This document shows positions 11,425 to 22,087 of a stretch of 64,000 nt of DNA, in pieces; position 1 is the stretch's first letter, and every line of letters starts with the position of its first letter. Both the position numbers and the translations under genes were made by a program. Under the pieces are notes generated by a model. It had not been told where the DNA came from and ran no database searches. It worked only from the letters and a program-made list of their open reading frames with translations. Source of the stretch: Heterodontus francisci (taxonomy: Eukaryota); assembly GCF_036365525.1 (NCBI RefSeq), contig NC_090388.1:38323062-38387061 (forward strand). The letters run 5' to 3'.

Positions 11425-13709
11425 AAAACATAGAATGACTAAATGATAAATAAGCAGGGAAAGATTAGCGTACAAGAGAAAGCTAGCTAGAATTATAAAA
11501 ACAAATATTAAGAGTTTCTGTAGATATTTTAAAAAGAAAAGAGTTGTCAAAGTGAGTGTTGGTCCTATAGAAAGTGAGTCTGGGAATTAATAATGGAAAG
11601 TGGCAGATGGAGTGAACAGATATTTTGCAACAGTCTTCACTAAAGAGGATACAGGTAACATCCCGGAAATAGCTGTAAATCAGGAAATGGAAGAGAGGGA
11701 GGAACTCATAAAAATTCCAATCACCAGGAAGTGGTACTAAGCAAATTGTTGGAGCTGCGGGCTGACGAGTCCCCGGGTCCTGATGGACTTCACCTAAGGT
11801 CTTAAAAGAAGTGGCTAGGGAGATACTTGATGCATTGGTCTTAATTTTCCATAATTCCCTAGATTTGGGGAAGGTTCCATTAAATTGGAAAATAGTGAAT
11901 GTAACTCCTTTATTCAAAAAGAGAGGGAGATAGAAAGCAGGAAATTACAGGCCAGTTAGCTTAACATCTGTCTTAGGGAAAATGTTAGAAACTATTATTA
12001 AAGACGGTATAGTAGGGCATTTAGAAAAATTCAAGGTAATCAGGCAGAGTCAACATAGTTTTGTGAAAGGAAAATCATGTACAACCAATTTATTGGAGTT
12101 CTTTGAAGAAGTTACATGTGCTGTGGACAAAGGGGAACTGGTGGATGTACTGTATTTAGATTTCCAGAAGGCATTTGATAAGGTGCCACATCAAAGGTTA
12201 TTGCAGAAAATAAAAGCTCATGGTGTGGGGCGGGGTGGGGGGGGGGGTATCTTTTTGGCATGGATAGAAGATTGGCTAGCTAACAGAAAACAGAGTATAA
12301 GCACAAATGGGTCATTTTCTGGTTGGCAAGATGAAACGAGTGGTGTGCCACAGGGATCAGTGCTGGGGCCTCAACTTTTTACAATTTATATAACTGACTT
12401 GGATGAAGTGACTGAAGGTATGGCTTCTAAATTTGCTGATTACACAAAGATAGGTAGGAATGTAACTTGTGAAGAGGACAAAAGGAGGCTACAAAGGGAT
12501 ATAGATTGGTTAAGTGAGTGGGCAGAGATCTGGCAAACGGAATATAATGTGGGAAAATGTTAAATTGCCCATTTTGGCAGGAAGAATAAAAAAGAAGCAT
12601 ATTATCTAAATGGTGAGAGATTGCAGAGATCTGAGCTGCAGAGGGATCTGGGTGTCCTAGTGCATGAAGCGCAAAAGGTTAGTATGCAGGTACAGCAAGT
12701 AATTAGGAAAGCTAATAGAAAGCTATTGTTTATTGTGAGGGGAATTGAATACAAAAGTAGGGAGGTTATGCTTCAGCTATACAGGGCATTGGTCAGACCA
12801 CATCTGGAGTACTGCGTACAGTATTGGTCTCCTTATATAAGGAAGGATGTAAATGTGTTGGAAACAGTTCAGAGAAGGTTTAGTTTAGAGATACAGCACT
12901 GAAACAGGCCCTTCGGCCCACCGAGTCTGTGCCGACCATCAACCACCCATTTTATACTAATCCTGCACTAATCCCATATTCCTACCACATCCCCACCTGT
13001 CCCTATATTTCCCTACCACCTACCTATACTAGGGGCAATTTATAATGGCCAATTAACCTATCAACCAGCAAGTCTTTGGCATGTGGGAGGAAACCGGAGC
13101 ACCCGGAGGAAACCCACACAGACACAGGGAGAACTTGCAAACTCCACACAGGCAGTACCCAGAATTGAACCCGGGTCGCTGGATCTGTGAGGCTGCGGTG
13201 CTAACCACTGCGCCACTGTGCCGCCAATGTTTACTGGACTAATACCTGGAATTGGCATGATGTCTTATGAGGAAAGGTTGGACAGGCTGGGCTTGTATCT
13301 GTTGGAGTTTAGGAGAATAAGAGGCAGCTTGATTGAAACATATAAAATCTTGAGGGGTCTTCACAGAGTGGATGTGGAAAGGATGTTTTCTCTTGTGGGA
13401 GAATCTAGAACTAGGGGTCACTGTTTAAAAATAAGGGATCGCACATTTAAGACACAGATTCAGGAGAAATTTTTTCTCTCAGAGGGTGGTGAGTCTTTGA
13501 AACTCTCTTCCTCAAAAGGCGGTGGAAGTAGAGTCTTTGAATATTTTTAAGACAGAGGTAGATAGATTCTTGATAAGCAAGGGGTAGGTGGGAATGTAGA
13601 GTTGAGGTTACAATCAGATCAGCCATGATCTTGTTGGATGGCGGAGCAGGCTTGAGGGACCAAAGGGCCTACTCCTGCTCCTAATTCGTATGTTTGTATG
13701 TTCATATGA
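11425..13709 (+). mobile_element. CR1 LINE (RT domain, decayed), interrupted by a SINE
   Basis: YLDFQKAFDKVPH, GVPQGSVLGP and LEYCVQYWSP; CR1 3'UTR with a tatgtt tail. Confidence 0.95.
12883..13225 (-). mobile_element. HE1-like V-SINE
   Basis: tRNA head ggcggcacagtggcgcagtggttagcac on minus, V domain (gggtgctccggtttcctccca) and a CR1-derived tail. TSD aaggttta/aatgttta at 12875-12882 and 13226-13233. Confidence 0.9.
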
Positions 13710-15097
13710 CCTGCAGCCAGGGCAGGGGGAAAGGATAGTGCAGATGCCAGCTCCCCAGAGGGCAAGGTCACACAAGTTTTCTACTGCAGATGACTCAGCT
13801 GAGCATTTCGATGGAGCAGCCGACAGTAGAAGGCTGATGGGTATGGACAACAAAATGCTTGATTGTCAGGAATGTCAGAAAGCCTGTGGTCAATGTAAAG
13901 GAGCATGTAGGAGTCCATCACCGACTTGGCACAGAGTTTGGCACAGAGCTTGGAGGCCATCCTTTCCAGTATGAAAACGATGGCCAACTCAAGTCATACA
14001 CGTGGGCGCCCAACCATGATGCAACATCTGATGGCCGATGTCTCAGCTTCCATTGCAGCAAAAGCAGAAGCCACCCAATATCTGGGTGTGGGTCAATCTA
14101 TCCTCCAACACATTTCTAGGATTGCTGAGCACACTCCATGGGAATTGCAGTGGCACCAGGCAGCATGAACCTGTTGTCCCCTCCCAGGATGACAGCAATC
14201 ATTGTCCCATTACTGCCACTCTGCTGTTGTTTGTCAGCCAACCATCCCAGACTGCTGCCACCCATGGCTAGATGGTGCAGTCTAAAGCTGGGCCTTCTAG
14301 AGCTGCTCGAGGTCACCCTCCAAGACTATCTGCAGTTTCCCTCACTGAAAGTCAGCAGCCCTCTACTGACCATGCTACCGGCACTGTGGTAGAATTGTAT
14401 TGGAGCTCTAGTACAGGCAAAGGCACACAGAAGTCAGGCACTAAGAGAATGTGCAAAGGTGATTAGTTGACGTTTGTATGCAACATGGCATTCTTTGATT
14501 TATAAATTTGGTTTGAAATGTTTATTTTGTGTTGGTTTTTATTTTTGCATCAGAGCCAAGCTGACGCTGTGATGATTAGTAACAGAGCAAAGATAAGGTG
14601 TGGCACTACTGGTGAATGGGGAATTGGAGTTGCGTTTACTGGTATCGCTGTTTGATGAATTGTTCATGGACAGCCTGACTAGATAGGAGCTGTTGAAGTT
14701 GCCTCCTCTCTTCCTTTTTCTCCTCCACTTCCTACTTCTCAGCTTCTTGCAATGCAGCTGGTGGCAAGGGCTGTGTCTTCATTATGGCAAGGTTATGCAG
14801 CATGCAGACTATCATAAATCTTGACACCCCTCTTTGGTGAGTACGGCCGGGCTGCTCCAGAGCAGTACAACCAGTGGAAGTTTTGTTTCTGTACACCAAT
14901 GTTCTGCTCCATCACATTTAGTGTGGCAGCATGGCTTTCAGTGTATTTATGCTACCCAGGTGTGTGGGGATTGTGCACCCGCAGCATCAGCCATGTGGTC
15001 AGCAGATAGTCCTCATCACCCAGTAACCACTCTGTGGGTTACCGTGGTGGCTCAAATGACACAGTGGAATGCCACAGAATGAACACATCATGGCTAA

Positions 15098-16394
15098 ACA
15101 AAGAACAAAGAACAGTACAGCACAGGAACAGGCCATTCGGCCCTCCAAGCCTGCGCCGATCTTGATGCCTGCCTAAACTAACACCTTCTGCACTTCCAGG
15201 GCCCATATCCCTCTATTCCCTTCCTATTCATATATTTGTCAAGATGTCTCTTAAACGTCACTATCGTATCTGCTTCCACCACCTCCCCTGGCAGCAAGTT
15301 CCAGGCACTCACCACCCTCTGTGTAAAAAACTTGCCTCGCACATCCCCTCTAAACTTTGCCCCTCGCACCTCAAACCTATGTCCCCTAGTAACTGACTCT
15401 TCCACCCTAGGAAAAAGCTTCTGACTATCCACTCTGTCCATGCCGCTCATAACTTTGTAAACCTCTATCATGTCGCCCCTCCACCTCCGTCGTTCCAGTG
15501 AAAACAATCCGAGTTTTTCCAATCTCTCCTCATAGCTCATGCCCTCCAGACCAGGCAACATCCTGGTAAACCTCCTCTGTACCCTCTCCAAAGCCTCCAC
15601 GTCCTTCTGGTAATGTGGCGACCAGAATTGCACGCAATATTCTAAGTGTGGCCTAACTAAGGTTCTGTACAGCTGCAACATGACTTGCCAATTTTTATAC
15701 TCTATGCCCCGACCAATGAAGGCAAGGATGCCGTATGCCTTCTTGACTACCTTATCCACCTGCGTTGCCACTTTCAGTGACCTGTGGACCTGTACGCCCA
15801 GATCTCTCTGCCTGTCAATACTCCTAAGGGTTCTGCCATTTACTGTATACTTCCCACCTGCAATAGAGCTTCCAAAATGCATTACCTCACATTTGTCCGG
15901 ATTAAACTCCATCTGCCATTTCTCTGCCCAAGTCTCCAACCGATCTATATCATGCTGTATCCTCTGACAATCCTCATCATTATCCACAACTCCACCAACC
16001 TTTGTGTCATCCGCAAACTTACTAATCAGACCAGCTACATTTTCCTCCAAATCATTTATATATACTACAAACAGCAAAGGTCCCAGCACTGATCCCTGCG
16101 GAACACCACTAGTCACATCCCTCCATTCAGAAAAACACCCATCCACTGTTACCCTCTGTCTTCTGTGACTGAGCCAGTTCTGTCTCCATCTTGCCAGCTC
16201 ACCTCTGATCCCGTGTGACTTCACCTTTTGCACCAGTCTGCCATGCGGGACCTTGTCAAAGGCTTTACTAAAGTCCATATAGACAACATCCACCGCCCTT
16301 CCCTCATCAATCAACTTCGTCACTTCCTCAAAAAACTCAATCAAATTAGTAAGACACGAGCTCCCCTTCACAAAACCATGCTGTCGCTCGCTAA
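15098..16394 (-). mobile_element. Young 5'-truncated CR1 LINE with an uninterrupted RT reading frame
   Basis: Stop-free frame 15178-16394 with QHGF, DFSKAFD, PQGSVLGP and FADD; aacaaag tail repeat. Confidence 0.95.
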
Positions 16395-16881
16395 TAACCT
16401 GCTGCCAGAACACTGGACAATGACCTTCATGATTCACTGCATATGATTGCACACCAGCTGGATGTTGAGCAAGTGGAATCCCTTTCAGTTGCAGTACATT
16501 TCAGAGTTGATATGCAGTGCCCACAAAGCAACGTGCGTGCAATCAATGGCACCCTTCACCACAGGGAAGCTTGCAATCCTTGCAAAGCTGCATGCTCAAT
16601 CTGTCTGCTAATCTCTGGCAATGAAATGTAGTCAGCTGTGCTTGAATGGAGAGCCTCAGTGAGCCCCTTATGCAACAGTGGTTGGCAAACAGTGAGATGT
16701 TGCAAACATCTCCAGTTCCAGCCTGGAAGGAGCCAGCCGCATAAAAAGTCCATGACCACAGTCACCTTCACAGTTTTTGGCAATGCAGCCCTTGCCCTGC
16801 TCTGAGGTTGCAGTCGCGGCTGCAACAGGTGGCAGATTTCAGTGAGGATGTCTATACTGAAGCGCAAACATCTCACATATT

Positions 16882-17611
16882 GGGCTGAATTTTACCAGGC
16901 CTCTGACGTTGAGGTCGTGGTCGGGGGGGGCCTGGAAAATTCTTCCAGGAGAGGCCTGGCACGACCCCCGACGCTGAGAAGGCCCCACCACATTTTACCG
17001 GCGGTGGCGAGGCCTCATTGCAGCCCCCACTCCGCTTGGTGGCGGGGCCTTCACTTTAATATTAAAATTAATTAAAACACATGCAAATTAACTTACCTTG
17101 TCCCGGTGGCCATCCCACACTGATATTCCAGCCAGCAACTGTAAGTCCCACGCCTTTGGATCTCCGTATGGACATCCGAGACGTGACACTGGTGCGGAGG
17201 GGTGAAGAGTGAGATTCTCAGTGCGGCAGTTGTGGGGGGAGGGGGGGAAACTGTTTCTATTGGCTGACAGGATGGTGGGAAGGGGTTGAAGTGCAAATTG
17301 GGGGAGTGGAAGAGGGGCTTTCATGTTGAATTTAAACAAAATGTTATGGTCTCTTTAAAAATTTAAATCATCTGTCAGGGCTTGAAGCCCTTTAAAATGG
17401 TGCTGACGGCAGCGCGGTGGTGCCGGACATCATTGCCAGAGACAGAGCAGCCGCCCCTCTATGTCATCAGGGATGACTGTTCTTCCCCTTCCATTTAAAT
17501 GAGCCCCCACATGTAATATAGCGGGAGCTCAGCGACGGGCGATCTGCATGGGCAGACCGCCAACTTTAAATCGGCCGCCATGATTTGCAGCACGCTCGTA
17601 AAATTCAGGCC
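16882..17611. mobile_element. Harbinger-type MITE
   Basis: TIR gggctgaattttac / gtaaaattcaggcc and a 3-bp TSD ATT; it splits the transposase frame EEQ|..RCLRF. Confidence 0.85.
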
Positions 17612-18352
17612 ATTGCTCCTCGCTGAGATTAGGAAGGAGAATTGCTCCCAGAACACCTGGATGGATCTGGCCTCCTGCTGGGACCTCTTCTCTCCCTCCC
17701 TCTTCTCATAGTTTGCCCTACTCTGTTGCTTCTGATCATTCTCCCAGTCATGCTGTATTTGAAGTTGAATGCCTACTGCTGCATCCATTTCTGGGGACAA
17801 GTGATTTGTGCAAGAATCCTTGTCAAAGTCCTTCAGCACCTGCCACACCACACCGTGCAACTTTAGCAAATTTAAAGAACTTTAGAAAGCACCAAACACT
17901 TGTACAACATTACAACAGCCAGTAGAAATCAATCAGCAAAATACATGAGAGTAGTTGATGATCCCTTTAAATAGCGCTGGTGGGGGTCTCCTTCCTGCTG
18001 CTGAGTGCGCGCTCAGTAATACGTGATTATGAGAGTGTGTTAGCTGGACCGTTGAGCTCAAAAGTAACAGTTCTGGCTCAAATCAGCGGTACACATTGAT
18101 TGACATCACGATCTGCCTACTCTACATACTTCCTGTGGATGCTCACTGCACACACGCTATGCCTGCACCAAAATGGTGCCCAGTAGAAGTATGTGCACCA
18201 CAGCAGAACAAACAACAAGCTATGCATATGAATTTTGCAGTGAATGTTTTCCTTTAATATTTTTTGTAAAGGTCTTTTTATTGACTGTGCATTAGACTAT
18301 ATTTATACTTGTACAGTAATTGACACTTATTATTAAAATACAGATGTTAATA

Positions 18353-20249
18353 CAAGAACATAAGAAATAGAAGCAGGTTGCTGCTCCAGCCTGCTCCACC
18401 ATTCAATACAATCATGCCTGATCTTCGACCTCAATTCCACTTTCCTGCTTGATCTCCTTATCCCTTGATTTCCCTAGTGTCACAGCAACTTGCTTTGTTG
18501 AATGATAATTTTCTTTAATCCACTGACTGGAGATTTGAATTTATATTTTTTTAAAGAAATTTAACAAAGAACAGATAAAAGATGACTTTGCTAGCAGCTT
18601 AAGATGGCCACCTAATTTGTAACACTGTATCCTACATTGCAAGGCCTGGGAGGAGGGAGACGAAATGTCTGCTCATCCCAGCATGATCAAGATCCAGGAA
18701 GTTTAAGGGAACTGCTTGTTCTTTTTCTTTTAGCAAGAAGAATCACTGAGTGACTGTCATGTGACAAGCCCCTCCCCATCTGTGGTTTTAAGCTTGTGTT
18801 TCTCTGCAGCAGCAAGGAGAAGCATCTGGACTCTGACACGTGCAGCCACAAGTGGGGGTCCTTCTCTCTCTCCATTCCAGCTTGCAAGCTTCAAATCCTG
18901 TTGGTTAATTGACCACCTTTGCACATTCCGACTACAATCAGAAACCCCAATTGGAGAAAATCATCCGCATCACTGTCTCCAAGAAACCCATCGAACCAGT
19001 CATCTACCTCTTCAAACTAAAAGCCACAGGATCACCAAATTCAGCTGGAAGCTAGTTGAATCACCAAATGCCACAGACTGTATATCCCTTTTTTCTCTGG
19101 ACCCTAACTCAACCAATCTAACTTTGCCTACTCTCTAACTTATTTGTGTGTGTGTAAATCTTTGGTGTGTGTGTGACTGAAAGTTAGCATGCAGTTTATT
19201 ATTTTCATTAGTTCAGTATAGGTAAAATAAAGTTAACCTCTTTCTTCGTTAAACTCAAGAAAACCTGTCCAATTGGTTCTTGTTATGATCATAGCAAGCA
19301 ATTAATCAAAGACCTAATGAATTGGCCAGTACATCCACTTTAAGAAAGAATTAAACCTGTTGTGGTCAAACAAGGAGAGAATAAAGAGGGAAGCCTTTCG
19401 ACCGTTCCTCACTTGACCGTTACACTAGAGTCCAAAAATCTATTTCAGCCTTGAATAGACTCAATGACTGAGCATCCATAGACCTCTGAGATACAGAATT
19501 CCAAAGATTGGCAATCCTCTGAGTGAAGAAATTTGGCCTCATCTCAGTCTTAAATGATCAACACCTTATCCTGAGGTTATGCCCCGTAGACTCTCCAGCC
19601 AGGAGAAACTACCTCTCAGTGTCCACATTGCCAAAATCCCTCAGAATCTTGTATGTTTCAATGAGATCACCTCTCATTCTTCTAAATTTCAGTGTGTTTA
19701 GGCCCAATCTACACAATCTCTCATCATAGGACAAACTTCTCATCCCAGGAATCATTCTAGTGAGCTGTTGCTGCACTGCCTCCACGGCCAGTATATCTTT
19801 CCTTATATAAGGAGGCCAAAACTGTGCACTGTACTCCAGGTGTTGTCTCACAAAGCCGTGTACAATTGGAGCAAGACTTTCTTACTCTTGTACTCCAGTC
19901 CTCTTGTAATAAAGGCCAACATACCATTTGCCTTCCTAATTGCTTGCTGGACCTGCATGTTAACCTTCTGTGTTGCTTGTACAATGACTGCCAAATCTCC
20001 CTGAACACCAACATTTAAAAGTTTCTCACCATTTAAAATATGCTCTGCTTTTCTATTTTTCCTACCAAAGTGAATATTCCATCTGCCACCTTGTTGCCCA
20101 CTTCCGTAACCTGTCTCTATCTCTTTGCAGCCTCTTTGTGTCCTCCTCACAGCTTACTGTCCCACCTAGCTTTGTATTGTCAGCAAACTTGATTATATTA
20201 CTCTTGGTACTTTCATCTAAATCATTCATATAAATTGTAAATAGCTGAA
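18353..20249 (-). mobile_element. CR1 LINE fragment interrupted by a solo LTR
   Basis: LEYSAQFWPP and RMRGDLIETYKI on minus; aagaacat tail. Confidence 0.9.
18478..19424 (+). mobile_element. Solo LTR (related to the Gmr1-like LTRs)
   Basis: TGT...ACA termini with a perfect 4-bp TSD CTAG (18474-18477 and 19425-19428). The 3' part (aataaa..aaaacctg..ctcac..taca) resembles the other LTRs. Confidence 0.9.
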
Positions 20250-20800
20250 AGTATCACCTTTTATAGCAGCAAAGGACAATTTTGCTTATTCATTAATTCA
20301 CTTATCTGATGTAAATTAATTTGAATTTTGGCTGCATTCCACCCTTATTGAAAGGCCCCACCATACAATCCAGGTGAAAGAAATTTCTCAAAGAGCAGGG
20401 AAGTACACCTGCCACATTACCATCAGATTGGAGAGGAAGAGAAAGTATCCTCTTTCGACAGATCTAGCTGCCATTTTATTGTTTCAGTTCCACTGGTTGC
20501 AAACCAACAGGGAGCTATAAAATTCTCTTAAATACAGGCCTCACTGAATTTTGACTTGACAGCAGGACTCATTGGAGACTGAGTTAAAAAGAAATAGATA
20601 GCTCCCATCAGTCTATAAAAACCAAACACAACCATCAAGGTGGCTAACAGATACAGTCCACAAATAACCATTTCACTAACATCAATTAAGTACATCTATT
20701 TGACTTCCACTTCAAGGAATGATCCATCTCTCAAGCTCTGCACAGGAACCCTTCAAAAATCTCTTATCCAATAAAGGTAAATAGTTCAACAAAGAAGACC
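20250..20800 (+). pseudogene. Decayed pneumovirus M2-1-like gene (endogenous viral element)
   Basis: One frame reads HLSDVN*FEFWLHSTLIER (20299-) vs RSV M2-1 HFSHNYFEWPPHALLVR, and LERKRKYPL (20428-20454) vs LDRTEEYAL. Several CCCH ligands are recoverable by single-base changes (TTT from TGT, GAT from CAT). 3' end approximate. Confidence 0.6.
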
Positions 20801-20801
20801 A

Positions 20802-20828
20802 TTAATAAATAAAAATGTGGGACACATG
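20802..20828 (+). promoter_or_regulatory. Viral gene-end/gene-start-like junction
   Basis: TTAATAAATAAAAA (20802-20815) is followed by GGGACACATG (20819-20828), resembling pneumovirus gene end AGTTAnnnAAAA and gene start GGGACAAAT. Confidence 0.5.
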
Positions 20829-21420
20829 AGGGGGTAAATACTTCATGCTGAAAGTTCTGCCCCTGTAGTTACTTTCCCATTTAAGATGCACAAAAGTTCT
20901 ATTGTTCAATTTTATAAATTATTCATTTCTTTTTGCATGTTGACTTTGTACAATGCAGACTAGTTTCAGATTAATTATGCTTTACACTTACAGCGATCAG
21001 TAAGACAAAAGAACAATTTTAAAGCTGGATTTGTGCCCAGAAGAGCGAAAGCAAACTGTCTAAAACCTATATTTTCTCCATAGTGTTCAAAATTTTTGAA
21101 GAAAAATGCAGTTGATTGAGATTTGGGCATTGGCTTTACTTAAACTGTGAACTATTCCTTATGTTCAACCCTCATCAGCTAGCATTATATTTCTTCCCTT
21201 TCTGCTTTATTATTGCACAACAAGCATATAAATTAACAAGCTATAGGTACTTAAAGCGAGCTTTATAGTCAACTAGATAGTATTTCTGAGCTCATGATTT
21301 AGCTGTTTAGCCAACCTTACAACCTTCATCTGTGATAGAACAGTAGTGACAAGAGCATTGCTTTGTCTGCAGAAAAAAACATGCCATTTGGCAACATTTT
21401 CTCCTCACAACCTGTAAAAT
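20826..21420 (+). pseudogene. Possible SH-like (small hydrophobic) viral gene remnant
   Basis: From the gene-start ATG: MRG*ILHAESS...KMHKSSIVQFYKLFISFCMLTL...INY, loosely like hMPV SH VIKSDGSS...KDHSGKVLIVLKLILALLTFLT..INY. SH is poorly conserved, so this call is weak. Confidence 0.35.
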
Positions 21421-21453
21421 TGTTTCTGTTTTATTAACCATCAATCAGTAAAC

Positions 21454-22087
21454 ATGAGTTCTTGTAAAGTAATCAGTGAATGCATCCTATTGGATGTTAG
21501 TGTATCAAAGCTAGCCTTCAAGGCACAACAAGTTCTAACAAGCTTTTTTTTATTACCGGTAGCTGTTACTGAATTAGTCAAAACGAAGAAAGATGAAATG
21601 GAATAAGGAATGCAAGGCTGGAAGAGCCATCGGCATAGTATTCTCCATTTCCTTTGAAAAGCTAGAGTCCACCTTTGATGTGATAAAAAATATAAATTGT
21701 TTAAAAACATCAAGTCCAAGAGAAAACCTGAAAATAGTATGTCATGGAGTTAAGCCATCCAAGAGTGGCATTTAAATAGGGATAATACTCCAATCTTTCA
21801 TATCCTGTAACAATTCAACACAAAAGTATACATAAAACATATTTCAGAATGATTTATGGAATGATAAAATATCCGGTTTTTTGAAATGATTTACAAAATA
21901 ATAATATTAAAAAATCTTTTATTTACCTTTTGAAATATAAAATGATCTCAGGCACTAAAATTTAAAGATAAATTTATGTTCAATGTTTATATAGAAATTT
22001 AAATGTGTATAAACTGATCAGTGTTTCTATTAACTTTAAAAAAAATAAAGTGTTCTTATAAAATGTTTTCAACAGTTTAGAGGCAAA
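21454..22087 (+). pseudogene. Pneumovirus-like L polymerase, segment 1 (N-terminus)
   Basis: ATG at 21454; ILLDVSVSKLAFKAQQVLTSFFLLP is weakly like [41 protein letters not shown] (22036-22074) vs LKRITVTTYNQFLT. Confidence 0.55.

Larger units (their letters stand above)
9115..18240. mobile_element. Decayed autonomous-type PIF/Harbinger transposon with an intron-containing Myb/SANT gene (+) and convergent transposase (-), carrying nested insertions
   Basis: Myb/SANT-like MAQHGRERAPGFS...KQWDQIA...RKFNEL from ATG 9424; splice acceptor-like sites near 10924 and 11228; C-terminal part 13710-14466. HARBI1-like RFSIDILTEICHLLQP...VKVTVVM on minus (16556-16876) and VFWEQFSF near 17630-17655. Outer ends approximate. 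Confidence 0.8.

Noticed and set aside
12222-12250. G-run in CR1 (and G/C runs in the MITEs) as functional G-quadruplexes
   Set aside because: Simple homopolymer expansion within repeats; no evidence of function.
15178-16452. 424-aa ORF as an intact gene
   Set aside because: It is a truncated CR1 RT whose first codons come from flanking Harbinger DNA.
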